Shown here: positions 11,904-24,779 of the stretch, piece after piece
Layout of the letters: the number at the start of each line of letters is the position of its first letter
Numbering within the stretch: the stretch's first letter is position 1
DNA from: Macrostomum hystrix
Taxonomy: Eukaryota; Animalia; Platyhelminthes
Direction: 5' to 3'
NCBI GenBank assembly: GCA_950097015.1
Contig: CATNEN010000034.1
Span: 1,426,001 to 1,490,000, forward strand
Length of the DNA: 64,000 nt
Notes under the pieces: model-generated
Database searches by the model: none
What the model saw: only the letters and a program-made list of their open reading frames with translations
What the model was told of the DNA's origin: nothing
Position numbers and translations under genes: made by a program

Positions 11904-14828
11904 GTCACCATAGCCTTGGACCAGTTTGACTTCGTCATTGTTGGCGGCGGCATTGCCGGGGTCACCTGTGCTGAGACCCTGGCCGTGGTGGAGCCCGACG
12001 CTAGCGTGCTCCTTGTGTCAGCTTCTCCAGTGGTCAAAGCCGTCACCAATTTGCGGCGCGTCACCAAACTACTGGAGGAGTTTGATGTTGAGGTACCTGA
12101 TCTCTTATGGTAGGGTTCACTACCTAGGCTGCCCTGCGCCAGATGCCGAGAGCATCTAGCAGTCACCATAAGCATCTACCAGACGCCATAATCATCTTCC
12201 AAATGACAGATGACCAGACACTATAAATATTGACCAGACACTATAAACATTGAATAGACACTATAAATATTGACCGGGCACTATAAATATTGACTAGACA
12301 CTATAAATATTGACTAGACACTATAAATATTGACTAGACACTATAAACATTGACTAGACACTATAAATATTGACTAGACACTATAAATATTGACTAGGCA
12401 CTATAAATATTGACTAGACACTATAAATATTGACTAGACACTATAAATATTGACTAGACACTATAAATATTGACTAGACACTATAAACATTGACTAGACA
12501 CTATAAATATTGACTAGACACTATAAATATTGACTAGGCACTATAAATATTGACTAGACACTATAAACATTGACTAGACACTATAAATATTGACTAGACA
12601 CTATAAATATTGACTAGACACTATAAATATTGACTAGACACTATAAACATTGACTAGACACTATAAATATTGACTAGACACTATAAACATTGACTAGACA
12701 CTATAAATATTGACTAGACACTATAAATATTGACTAGACACTATAAATATTGACTAGACACTATAAATATTGACTAGACACTATAAATATTGACTAGACA
12801 CTATAAACATTGACTAGACACTATAAATATTGACTAGACACTATAAACATTGACTAGACACTATAAATATTGACTAGACACTATAAATATTGACTAGGCA
12901 CTATAAATATTGACTAGACACTATAAATATTGACTAGACACTATAAATATTGACCAGACACTATAAATATTGACCAGACACTATAAATATTGACCGGGCA
13001 CTATAAACATTGACTAGACACTATAAATATTGACTAGACACTATAAACATTGACTAGACACTATAAATATTGACCGGGCACTATAAACATTGACTAGACA
13101 CTATAAATATTGACTAGACACTATAAATATTGACCAGACACTATAAACATTGACTAGACACTATAAATATTGACTAGACACTATAAATATTGACTAGACA
13201 CTATAAATATTGACCGGGCACTATAAACATTGACTAGACACTATAAATATTGACTAGACACTATAAATATTGACTAGACACTATAAATATTGACCAGACA
13301 CTATAAATATTGACTAGACACTATAAACATTGACTAGACACTATAAACATCGACCAGACACTATAAACATCGACCAGACACCATAAATATCTACCAGACA
13401 CGATAAACATCTACCAGACACCATAAACATCTACCGGACACCATAAACATCTTCCAGATGCCATAAAAATGTGCTGATTGTGCATTCGCGCTAATGAAAA
13501 ACGGTGGACCCTCTTTCAAAACCGTTGAATATCTCGACTTTCTTGAGAGGAGGGTCATACAGGTGTATAAACGACTTTCTCATCGTCAGGCAGTGTACAC
13601 AGGCAGTGTACACAGGCAGTGGAGGTTGGCCCTCAAAGGCGTAAATTGCACGGCAAGCCCCTAGGCCTTCTCTTCGCGGCTGCGCCCCCCAAATAAATGT
13701 ATCGTCGCCGCGGAATCGAGCTCAGGGACCTTGGTGCGAGGGGCAAACGCGTTAACCGCTCTGCCCTGCGATAAGCTTGCGATGGTCTACTTATTGGCTG
13801 ATCGACCTTGCACAACCGGCCGCGCCCTGCCCTCCATAATCCCCAGGAGCAGCCGCTGTCGCAGTTCCAGCAGCGCAGCGGCGGCGTCAAAGTCCTGCAC
13901 GCCCGCTGCGTCGGCTACGACGCCGAGTCGCGTCGGCTTCGTGCCGTCCCGGCCGGCTCGGACGCCGAGGTGACCGTCGGCTACGGTGAACTCTGCCTGT
14001 GCACTGGCGCCGCGCCGAAGCTCATCGCCGAGAGTCGTCGATTTCCGGACCGAGTTGTCGGCATTCGCGACACGGAGACGGTGGCGGAGCTGTCCACGCG
14101 GCTTGCCAGCTGCCGCCGAGTGCTAGTTGTTGGCAACGGCGGCATCGCCACGGAGCTAGTCTACGAGTTGCGCGACGTCCAGGTGGTTTGGGCCATTCGG
14201 CAGGACTCCATCGGGGCCGTGTTCTTCGACGCTGGCGCAGCCCAGTTCCTGCTGCCCAGCCTGCTGACCGACGGCTCGGAGTCGCGGGCCGACAAGCCGG
14301 CTCTGGCCAAGCATCAGAGGTGATGGGGCCGGTCCGTCGCACATAGTTATATTTGACATTTCATTTAGCTAGCTACTGGAGCAGCAGAAATAGTAACAGC
14401 AAGTCTTTGACAGTAGAATAACCAGCTATTTTCCCCCTAGGGAAATACCCACTGCCTACTTCCAGTTAGCTCCCAAACCGAATGACCGATTTTTGAGAAA
14501 GTCCACCATCTGAATAAAAATTTTCCGTCCTCTACGATGAATATCTTTCAAAGCCATCCGAGTCAGCATCGGCGAGATATTCAGCTATTCCTGTCGGAGT
14601 CCCTGGTGACAAGGACAACTAACATTGCTCTGAACAAACTTCTATGGCGAATCCATATTGGTTCAAAAATGAAAAATAAACTGTTTAATCAATCCAAAAT
14701 AGTCAACAATAATAGTCGACATGGTTTGTGTTTTGTGATTCTGTAAGTTGTTTAATCAAAAACGAATAATGGTGGGTTTTAGTACAAGTTTTCCCATTCG
14801 TGACAAAACAGGTTTGCGGTTGACAGCG

Positions 14829-14862
<34 letters not shown>

Positions 14863-14875
14863 GCAGCAACAGCAA

Positions 14876-14906
<31 letters not shown>

Positions 14907-16090
14907 AGCAGCAGCAGCAGCAGGAGGTGTACAGGTAACAATAATTATCTTAACCAAGCCATATCTCCTTGGTTGGACCCAATCGAATGTGGCCTCGCCG
15001 CGAATTCGAGCTCAGGTTGGACTGGGAAACGCGTTAACAGCTATCCCACTCACCTCCCCCCTCTGAGCGCAGGCAAAGTCGGGCCCACCTGGGAAGCGCT
15101 CTCGGCCCTGACTGGTCCAGCGGCTTCAGCTTGCACGGTTGCGCCGCAGCTCCCGAGTGGGCGGCTTCCGCCGAAGCCGCCTCAAGCGGCACCAGAATTG
15201 TCTACTCGGTTGAAGTAGTGAAACTCTTGACTCCTTCGGAAGCCGTCGACTCAACCAGCTGGCCAGTGTTTGCCCAGATGAGCAACGGTGAACTGATCGG
15301 AGTCGACCTGATCGTCAGCGCCACCGGCGTGACGCCCTGCGCTCTGCTGGCCGACAACAATTTGGGCCCGTCGTTGGACCCAGACGGCGCCGTGGCTGTC
15401 GACCGGGCGATGTGCAGCTCCCTGCCGCACGTCTTCGCAGCCGGCGACGCGTGCGGCTGCGCCGGCTGGTCGGTGGGGAAGCCGGATGAGGCGGAGGAGA
15501 CCCGGCTCTGGTTCCAGATGCGGCTGTGGTCGCAGGCTCGCCAGACTGGCTGCTTCGCGGCGCGCTGCATGTCGGCGCTGCGGCGCGGACAGACGGCGCC
15601 TCCGTTGGACATCGGCTTCGAGTTGTTCACTCACGTGACTCGCTTCTTCAACTATAAGATTGTGCTGCTGGGTGAGGATAATTATGTTTTGCTGCAATTG
15701 TTATTGTACTACTATGAGTAGTGCGTTAGTTTACAACTTTTTACTTTCTTGCGTTTTTTGTTTGTCATTTCCTTTTATAACATACGTCACTCTCAAATCT
15801 CACATTTCGCTTATCTCACCTCTCGCATATCACGCCACCCTCTGTCGCCAGGCCTATACAACGCGCAGGGCCTATCCAACGGTGAGTACGAAGCTCTGGT
15901 TCGAGTCACACCGGGCGTTGAGTACGTGAAATGCGTCATGCTCAACGGCCGCATGCAGGGCTGCGTGCTGATTGGCGACACGGACCTGGAGGAGACCTTT
16001 GAGAATCTCATTCTCAACCAGCTGGATCTTAGCCAGTTTGGCGAGCACCTGCTTGATCCCGGTGTCGACATTGACGACTATTTCGACTGA
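11904..16090 (+). CDS. PYROXD1: Pyridine nucleotide-disulphide oxidoreductase domain-containing protein 1; exons 11904-12092, 13847-14319, (14827-14934 candidate), 15073-15671, 15852-16090; no genomic start ATG found
   Basis: Motifs [26 protein letters not shown]...[80 protein letters not shown] and [13 protein letters not shown]...DIDDYFD* all match PYROXD1. GT/AG junctions are phase-consistent. Confidence 0.95.
12215..13465. repeat. 20-bp minisatellite (CTATAAATATTGACTAGACA)n, ~60 copies, in PYROXD1 intron 1
   Basis: Visible 20-nt periodicity with degenerate ends. Confidence 0.97.
13573..13772 (-). mobile_element. tRNA-derived SINE, family A
   Basis: Reverse complement begins GGCAGAGCGGTTAACGCG...GAGCTCGATTCC (A- and B-box-like). 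The body GACTTTCTCATCGTCAGG...GGAGGTTGGC is shared with copies at ~19935-20045 and ~26600-26845. Confidence 0.75.
14827..14934 (+). CDS. PYROXD1: Candidate symmetric (phase 2-2) PYROXD1 exon encoding E-Q31-EVY
   Basis: TTGACAG| acceptor and AG|GTAACA donor; 108 nt; in frame with the flanking exons; mixed CAG/CAA codons. Confidence 0.5.
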
Positions 16091-16424
16091 GGCCTTAAAA
16101 ACTTGCACAAAATCAATCCTATTGGCTGAGCTCTGATTGGCTGGCGATGCTAACCAATCAAGCTTTAAATAGAAGCCAAGCCGTACTTTGTCTAAAGTTC
16201 TACGAGCTAGTTGGCTGTCACAAAAGCTTTTTAAATTTCATTTTGCCAGCTACATCTATTTTGTACACAGATTTTTAATAAGATCTTGGCATATGCAAAA
16301 CATCGTGCAAATAAATCATTTGTTGTTTGTTTCATTTGTTGACTTTTGCTGACATACGGAACTCACAGTCGTGTTTTTCGCTACTTTTACTGTTGTCGTT
16401 AAAACAAAAAATGAGAGGATTCTT

Positions 16425-17832
16425 CAGAGAGTCCAACTGAAGGATTGGAGAGAGTCCAACTGAAGGATAGGAGAGAGTCCAACTGAAGGATAGGAGAGAG
16501 TCCAACTGAAGGATAGGAGAGAGTCCAACTAAAGGATAGGAGAGAGTCCAACTGAAGGATGGGAGAGAGTCCAACTGAAGGATGGGAGAGAGTCCAACAG
16601 AAGGATAGGAGAGAGTCCAACTGAAGGATAGGAGAGAGTCCAACTGAAGGATAGGAGAGAGTCCAACTGAAGGATAGGAGAGAGTCCAACTGAAGGATGG
16701 GAGAGAGTCTAACTGAAGGATAGGAGAGAGTCCAACTGAAGGATAGGAGAGAGTCCAACTGAAGGATAGGAGAGAGTCCAACTGAAGGATAGGAGAGAGT
16801 CCAACTAAAGGATAGGAGAGAGTCCAACTGAAGGATGGGAGAGAGTCCAACTGAAGGATGGGAGAGAGTCCAACTGAAGGATGGGAGAGAGTCCAACTGA
16901 ATGATGGGAGAGAGTCCAACTGAAGGATGGGAGAGAGTCCAACTGAAGGATAGGAGAGAGTCCAACTGAAGGATAGGAGAGAGTCCAACTGAAGGATGGG
17001 AGAGAGTCCAACTGAAGGATAGGAGAGAGTCCAACTGAAGGATGGGAGAGAGTCCAACTGAAGGATAGGAGAGAGTCCAACTAAAGGATAGGAGAGAGTC
17101 CAACTGAAGGATGGGAGAGTCCAACTGAAGGATAGGAGAGAGTCCAACTGAAGGATGGGAGAGAGTCCAACTGAAGGATAGGAGAGAGTCCAACTGAAGG
17201 ATGGGAGAGAGTCCAACTGAAGGATGGGAGAGAGTCCAACTGAAGGATAGGAGAGAGTCCAACTGAAGGATGGGAGAGAGTCCAACTGAAGGATAGGAGA
17301 GAGTCCAACTAAAGGATAGGAGAGAGTCCAACTGAAGGATGGGAGAGTCCAACTGAAGGATAGGAGAGAGTCCAACTGAAGGATGGGAGAGAGTCCAACT
17401 GAAGGATAGGAGAGAGTCCAACTGAAGGATGGGAGAGAGTCCAACTGAAGGATGGGAGAGAGTCCAACTGAAGGATAGGAGAGAGTCCAACTGAAGGATG
17501 GGAGAGAGTCCAACTGAAGGATGGGAGAGAGTCCAACTGAAGGATAGGAGAGAGTCCAACTGAAGGATAGGAGAGAGTCCAACTGAAGGATGGGAGAGAG
17601 TCCAACTGAAGGATAGGAGAGAGTCCAACTGAAGGATGGGAGAGAGTCCAACTGAAGGATAGGAGAGAGTCCAACTGAAGGATGGGAGAGAGTCCAACTG
17701 AAGGATGGGAGAGAGTCCAACTGAAGGATGGGAGAGAGTCCAACTGAAGGATGGGAGAGAGTCCAACTGAAGGATGGGAGAGAGTCCAACTGAAGGATGG
17801 GAGAGAGTCCAACTGAAGGATGGGAGAGAGTC
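16425..17832. repeat. 23-bp minisatellite (GAGAGAGTCCAACTGAAGGATRG)n, ~60 copies
   Basis: Visible periodicity; explains the 540-aa and 455-aa repetitive minus-strand ORFs. Confidence 0.97.
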
Positions 17833-19934
17833 TTAAAGGCTGTTGGTCGATCGGCATGAACTTCCGGACAGTCGCTAAGGTTCCGAATCGGTTGCTGATC
17901 ATCTGGAGCCAACATTTCATACTTCTTAGAAAGGAAAGTTGACAATATGCACACTGTAGGGCTTGAACGATGGTAGACTATTCTGGGGTTTCAGAATTTT
18001 CACTGGTTTTAGCCAGCCCAATAAGCCAGTGTTTCACTATTGCCTAAGTTTATCTACTATACAACAGGCAGCTGCTTCGGGACCCGGCATCGAAGCTCAC
18101 CCGAAAGCCGCAGCTTGTCCAGATACAGAATGCTTCTCGCGCCTTCCCTTCGTATCAGTTTGTGGCATGTGTCAGTCAAGGGATTACCAATAACTCTATC
18201 CTCTCTGCTTTGCCCTGCTTCTGTTGGCTTGTTATCGGCCTGAAATGCAACCTCAACGTTCCGAACTGATTTTGGTTTTCCAGCCCAACAGCTGTGCGGG
18301 CTGGTTGCACTAAACAACGAGGAGTCTGAAGTGCGAATCGATCATATTGACGATAGTTGCTATGCTTTGAGCAGTGCTCATTCTGATCTTTGTAATTTGT
18401 AAGACTAATTAGTGTGAGCAAATAACATTATAGCCAGATTTTGCGATCCAGAGCGCGCGTCTCTCTGCCTGAGTTGAAAATTAATAATGGCGAAGAAACT
18501 CAACAAGAGAAGAGTGGAGTGGGAGGGGATGCTATCTCCAGTTCTCTCATGGCAACAACTCAAGCAGGCACCTATTAGCGAACAGCGGCTGATATCAGCG
18601 CCAATGCCGTCTGTGCGGGCCTGGCCGGGCACAGGTTATAATGATGGGCGGAGAAGTGCCACTTGAAGATTTGTGTCTGCTGAAACTGTGGTCACAGTTT
18701 ATATACACTTCTGAATCCATTATTACGGCTGGCCTCAGCGCCGTCCTCTTTACCTTCTGCTGCCGCTGCTGCTTTTTCTTCTTCAATAGCGACACGGGGT
18801 GCCTTCGACCCGCCGCCCCTCCCCCCCGGCCTTCAGGGCTATCCACAGGCCTTCTATAAAAACTCATTCTCTAAAGCCGCCTGGGAGGCACCGCCACTTG
18901 AGAAGCAAAGAGAGAAAAGAAAGAATTAGAAAGAAGGACGGCTGCTTCTGCGGACCCATTGTCCCATCTCGTTATGCCGCTGCTGCTGCTGCTGTTGTTG
19001 CCGCTGCTGCTGCTGCTGTTGTTGCCGCTGCTGCTGCTGCTGGGGACTCTTTAGTTAGTCTCTTTCTCTGTCTCTCTCGTTGTGTCTCTATCTGTCCTAG
19101 CGCCTGCCAGGAACCTCACAAAGGCTCTGCTACTACTCAACCGAAGCCATGGCATCCTCTTCAGGGCCACGGGAAGCTGTCAATCATGTTGGAGCAGGGT
19201 GAGAGAGGGACGGAGGAGGGGCGACTGCGGGGGTCCTGTGTGGGTGAATAAATTATTAATTGCTAGGCCAACCTATGCCACACCTGCATCGACTTGTTCT
19301 GCGAGTGGATTGTGCAAGCAGAGTCCATCGGCTGCAGCCAATCAGCGCTTACCTCGCTCCGGATTGGCTGAGCCGCCTAGTCCGTCACTGCTCTGTATCT
19401 ATCTATTTCCTTTCTCGCTTCACCTTCCCATCAGCAACTAAAGGAAGAAAATATTTTTGTGTTGGAGTGGGAGAAAAATAGAGACAGGCATAATAAATAA
19501 TAGGCGGAGCAGTTACAACGCTTCCACTGTGCACTGCCGCTTTCTTTTCACCCCAACCCAGTTTCTCGTTGTCAGTCAATCGCTGACGCAGGATTGGAGG
19601 CGGAACAGATTCTGTAATAGCCGGCATTGGCGCGCGCAACATTGGCGAGACCTGCCAGCCTCCCTAATTGGAGCGGAGAGCGAATCATCGGAGCCAGATA
19701 AATCAATCTGAATAAATTTGCGGCGCCAGCCCAAACAACCGATAGATGCCGGAGTTGCATTGACCCCGCCACTGCAGCACCGAACACTTCACAACTGTTG
19801 CGCTTCATTTACGAGGACAGGCCATGCGGACTGTCGCCTTTACTTCGGTTTGGTGAGTTTTGTCTCAGAAATACCATAGAAGAGGGACTGGGGCTGGCAT
19901 AGAGACAATTCTACTTATTCCGCTGACCCATGAG

Positions 19935-20045
19935 CACACACTTGCACAGGTGTGTTCACCATACTCTAGCTTTCTCATCGTCAGGTGGGTGTACACCCTC
20001 ACTCTCCCACTCTAACAAGGCCTTGGGAGGTTCGCCCCTCAAAGC
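19935..20045 (-). mobile_element. Partial SINE family A copy
   Basis: CTTTCTCATCGTCAGG..GTGTACAC...GGAGGTT shared with the 13573 and 26661 copies. Confidence 0.6.
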
Positions 20046-20084
20046 CCTCCTGGGGGCTGGGGGCTCATGGGCGGATAGAAGGAG

Positions 20085-20320
20085 GTTGTGGTCTTGTGGT
20101 TCGAGCGTCGGAATCACGACTTGACGACTTGTAGGTTGGGCGTTCGATTCCCGACTCGATTCAATTCAAGAGAACAATTTGTGTCCTTTAGCAATACAAA
20201 TAAATCTGCAATGCTTCAGTTCACCCAGCTGTTAAATGGGTATACTAGTATTAGATGGGGTAATTGAGGGTGGGTGTGGCGTCCCCCCAGTCCATGGACT
20301 GAACTGCTGTACTCAGCCTT
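20085..20320 (+). mobile_element. tRNA-derived SINE, family B (CORE-like central block)
   Basis: B-box-like GTTCGATTCC followed by TGTGTCCTT...CTTCAGTTCACCCAGCTGTTAAATGGGT. The same 28-mer occurs inverted at ~63727-63754. Confidence 0.7.
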
Positions 20321-21018
20321 CAGATGCTCAGCGCAATAGCTGCGGCTGTGCTGTCGACTGCACATCTGGCCCAACTGGGCAGGTGTAATCAACTATTTAA
20401 ATTAAAATTATTACGCTTATCCAAATTAATGTGGCCTGAGCGCAGATTCGAGCTCAGGGACCCCCTTAAGAAGGGGCTTAGACAGAAATGACATTAGTCA
20501 GGCAGCCGCACCTTGTTGCGTTTCTTGCCTCCTTTGTGAGTCAGCAGCTCAGTTCTATAGAATTGCAGCCTGGAATTGGAAATGAAACACTATAGAGAAC
20601 AGAGGAGGCCAAGCAGGGGAGAAAAAAGATGCTTTTTTTAAAGAAAATATGTTTCTTTTTCTCTGAGGTCACTGTGCTTACCAACCCCAGCCCCCGAGGG
20701 CGTGAAGGTTCCGCCCATTCCTGCCTTTTATGCGACTGTATTACCGGGGTCTTATATTGCTGCTCTACTGCCTTTGAATTCAATCTTCTTCTCTTTTCTT
20801 CTGTTCCGCCTTACTTGCTCCGCTTTTTTCAGCTTTTCTCCCCATAGTCTTTTTAACTATTGAGAACAAGGCTTTGTAGGCCTGGGTTATGTAACAAATC
20901 CACTGGGTTGAGTCTGGAGTTAGGATTGAAGCAGATTTCTATCAATTAGCAGGCTTTTTCTCATTCCTTTCATATGCTGTACTAGTGGCGAGTGAAATGA
21001 TCGATGGCTGTGGTTTTT

Positions 21019-21748
21019 ACCATAGACAGTTGCGTTTTGGGTGGTTTAGTTGAATACAATTTTATTTTAACCAGAAAATATTCAGTATAATATATGCCGT
21101 TTAATTCATCATAGTCTATGGTTAGAATGTCCGAGGCTGCGTTTAATGGTCTCGAAGCGAGCGTAGCGAGAATGTGAATGTGAATGTGAACCACAGAATG
21201 TGAGTTAAACGGCGTTTATTAGGCCTATTTACGTCAAAGCAGGGTCCCGATTTTCGCATTCCGTCGGGCACTTGGCTTTGGACCAAAGACAAATAATATT
21301 TTTGGTGCAATGAGCGAGAACAATATAATACGATGAAATTAGAATTTTCGTTCTTTGCATTCCTACCAAACAACAGCACTTAGATGTCTTTAAAAAGCTC
21401 AAGATACTTCTGTCTATGGTCCAAAGTCAATCTCCCGGTGGTTCGTTTAAATATTGTTTGAAAATATTTTCTCTGATTATAACACGATTATTATATACAA
21501 CAGAGTGGATTAAATGCTTTTGGCCAATTAATTTCGGCCAGCGACCAAGATTCTTTTAATGCTCACTTTTGGTAGATTAATATCTTCTTTAGTCTATGGG
21601 CAAGACAATCTACGAGTACCAGAGTCATGAAAAATTAATATCGGTTATTAAAACTCTGTTCTTAGACTTTTCTATCTAAAATGTCTATGGCCCAACAATG
21701 CTGCACGCGTAACGGTGCGTTACCACCCGCACTTTTCTTGTCTATGGT
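21019..21748. other. Cluster of six CCATAGAC/GTCTATGG motifs
   Basis: Exact 8-mers at 21020, 21114, 21412, 21592, 21683 and 21740. Confidence 0.85.
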
Positions 21749-22016
21749 AAAAATTAAATTAATGAGTGGCAAAATTTTTCGACACCAAAAAGCATAGATT
21801 TTCTCTAAAAAATGCTAACAAAAATCGAAGTTGCTAATCATAGCCGTGGGCAATATGAACTCTCTTCTAGTAGATAATGTGGGTTAACAATGTTTCTCTA
21901 AATATTTCTCTCCCGTTGAAAATGGAAGCACCGAAGTGTCAAGCCGCGGAGTGCTCAAGAGGTTTGAGTTAGACAGGACATCGCCCTGATACTGTGCCAC
22001 TTCTGCTGCCGCCGCC

Positions 22017-22050
<34 letters not shown>

Positions 22051-22512
22051 AACCGCTCTTTTGCAGTTTGAGTGACAGGCGCGGGGGTTATAAGGCTGGG
22101 GGGTGGAAGCCGGCAGAAAATGAAGTGGCAAGCGCACAAACGGACAAAAAATACACTAGAGAGGATAGAGAGACAGAGCTGCGGAGCTCCTCTTCAATAG
22201 AGTGGGCCAGTTCTGTTGTGTTGTGTATTAACTGGCCTACCAATGCCAGCTATTGCTGAGTGCGCTTCGTGTTTCAGTCACTCAGTTGCGGCCCGGGCTG
22301 CCACTGCGGGGGGGGGCGGGCGGCAAGAGGCCCAAGTTGCAGAGCTCTTCTTCAGCTCAAGGCTTGTCTGTCTCTAATACATAGCTAGTGTAAGCTTCTG
22401 AGCACAGCGGTCAACGGCAATAAGGGCTGAATTGACAGCTGACACAGTGGTGCTGGGAGCAGAGAGGGGTCACTGACTGATCCTCTGATCCCTCTACTGT
22501 GGGGGTCAGCGG

Positions 22513-22757
22513 GTGTCAGTGGATTGAATGTGTCAGTGGATTGAATGTGTCAGTGGATTGAATGTGTCAGTGGATTGAATGTGTCAGTGGATTGAATGTG
22601 TCAGTGGATTGAATGTGTCAGTGGATTGAACGTGTCAGTGGATTGAATGTGTCAGTGGATTGAATGTGTCAGTGGATTGATTGTGTCAGTGGATTGAATG
22701 TGTCAGTGGATTGATTGTGTCAGTGGATTGATTGAATGTGTCAGTGGATTGAATGTG
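22513..22757. repeat. 17-bp minisatellite (GTGTCAGTGGATTGAAT)n, ~14 copies
   Basis: Visible periodicity. Confidence 0.95.
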
Positions 22758-24139
22758 CCTATGGTCAGTGCCCCTAGGAATTGCAAATTCATTCATTTGA
22801 ACTGAAAGCATCCGTGTAGCACTATTTCAGACGCAATGTGTGGCAGTGGGTCGCAAACGCGTCTACCTAAGCACCTTAATTTAGAATCGTCATCAAAACA
22901 CCGCATGGGAAAATGGGAATCAGAGAGTGAGTGAGCGAGCGATGGAAGTGTTGGGCCGGGGGTTGGCGGAAGACAGTAGATGGGGCGACAGATAGGCCCT
23001 CAATATAGGCGGTTTGGGCGAGTGTGGGGGTAGCCAAGGCCGTAACTTGGCTCTTTGGCCGGGGTGGGCGGGCCGAGGCGAGTCCAAAGCCAACAAACTA
23101 TAGCCGACTAACTTATTATTCTTCTCTTTGCCCTAAATATGGCGGGTCGAACTACCAGGTTCGAGGAATTAGGAGAGCGGCATCCGTCAGACAAAAAATA
23201 TCCCATGACCATTCTATATGCCCTCATTCTTCCACACCTCAAGAATGGCCAGTCCCTTCCCTGGCAACCCCAGCCAAAGCCTTGCCGCCTGAGTTGACTG
23301 ACAGGCCAAACTGACCGGGCAAAATGGGGGCGCGAAAATCCACGGCTTCTTCTGCCCAACTGGCCCTAGACTCTCTGACTCTGACTGTCAGTCGCTTTCC
23401 GCATGCATCCGAATTGATGCGTGCTCCACTCACAACTGAAGCAAGCAATCGCTTGTAATTTCCTGCTCCTACAGTAAATTGGACTGTTCTAGCAGTAGTA
23501 ATTATTACTCAAACTGTGGAGTCAGCCACCAGGGCCATTGTTGCGTGATTGTGGTGGCTGTAAGGCACGGACAGACCGCTGAGAGGCCGACGAGTGGCGC
23601 AGCTGGGGGGTCGGAGGGACTGGCAATTATGTCTCATTCGACAGAAACAAAAACCTGTGTGTAGGAATCCTTTCAAATTTTCCCGAACGCAGCATTGGCG
23701 ACTATGGGTGGTGGGGGCAATGACTAGACTCTGTGGATAGCCAGGGTCTCAATCAATGCAGTCGAGATGTTTTAAGCCTCTGAGTGATCCGTCCCCTTAA
23801 AATTATAGACAGAAATGTTTCGACGCGCAGTGCTAAAGGCCGAGAACTATGCTCAGAACTATGCTCAGAACTGGTGCTGTTGTTGCAGCAGGCATTCATT
23901 AGCTCCCGCATATTGCTGTCTGCCCATGAGAGTTGCTAACTTTGTATCTGAATTAAACCTGATCTGTCAGTCAGCGGGTTTCCTCAGCTGTCTGTTCTGC
24001 GGCGACAGCAACCAACCCCCCTCCCTCAAAACCCGGCCTGCCCAGTTCTAGGATCAGAAGCCGCTGGCTCAGGCGGACGAGGGTGGACAAGAGGCGGAGA
24101 GTTTCCCGCTTCTAGTAGCTGGCCCGTCAGCTCAGAAGA

Positions 24140-24175
<36 letters not shown>

Positions 24176-24779
24176 CCCAGCATGCATTGTGTCGAGAATT
24201 TGTGCCGCGACCCAATGCATCGCACACGCTGCCATAAGAGTCGACTCGCTTGATTGTCCATTTAGCTCCCCGGAGGGCAGGGCAAAGTCGCTTAAAGTTT
24301 GTTAGAGAGAGAGAAAGAGGGGAGGTCAGAAAATCAACTATATAATGCTTTTTTCCTCATCGCAGCATCTGGGAATGTGGTGTGGGGGGAATCGAGACAG
24401 TTGGTTGCAAGTCACGCTAACTTAAGTGAGCTGCCAGAGCTGCCTACTGAATTCCGTGAGCAGCAGCCTCTTCCATCGATTCTCCGGAAGCAAATCCCAG
24501 AGAGGAGGGCCCGGCGGGGGGTGGACGGTTTCGCATCGATGCATTTCTGCAGCTGCAGCTTCCCCTTCGCGTGAACTGCTTGGAGAGTTTTTTGCCATTG
24601 TGCCACACACTGCCTGGCTGCGAAATAGGGCCGCGTGCGAGGAGAGATCATTGTGTTTACCATGCGGTACTAATGCCGCCATATTCATATAATTTTATTG
24701 GCTTGTTACTAATCTATGGAAGGATTGCAATCTCTCATTTTATTCTATCTCACCCTAATAATTTCTCTCTTTTAGTCTC

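Noticed and set aside
11120-13465. Regular 20-35 bp repeats that might suggest a CRISPR array
   Set aside because: Units are contiguous with no unique spacers, there are no cas genes, and the context is eukaryotic.
13710-13772. tRNA-like sequences here and at ~20130, ~26790 and ~63520
   Set aside because: A/B-box-like heads continue into shared SINE bodies and I could not fold a full cloverleaf; called SINEs, not tRNA genes.
16332-17954. 540-aa and 455-aa minus-strand ORFs
   Set aside because: Products of the 23-bp minisatellite; no domain content.
18400-24700. Many short ORFs and (GCT/CAG)n runs upstream of Frizzled
   Set aside because: No recognisable domains or consistent exon chain; likely regulatory, UTR or intergenic sequence.
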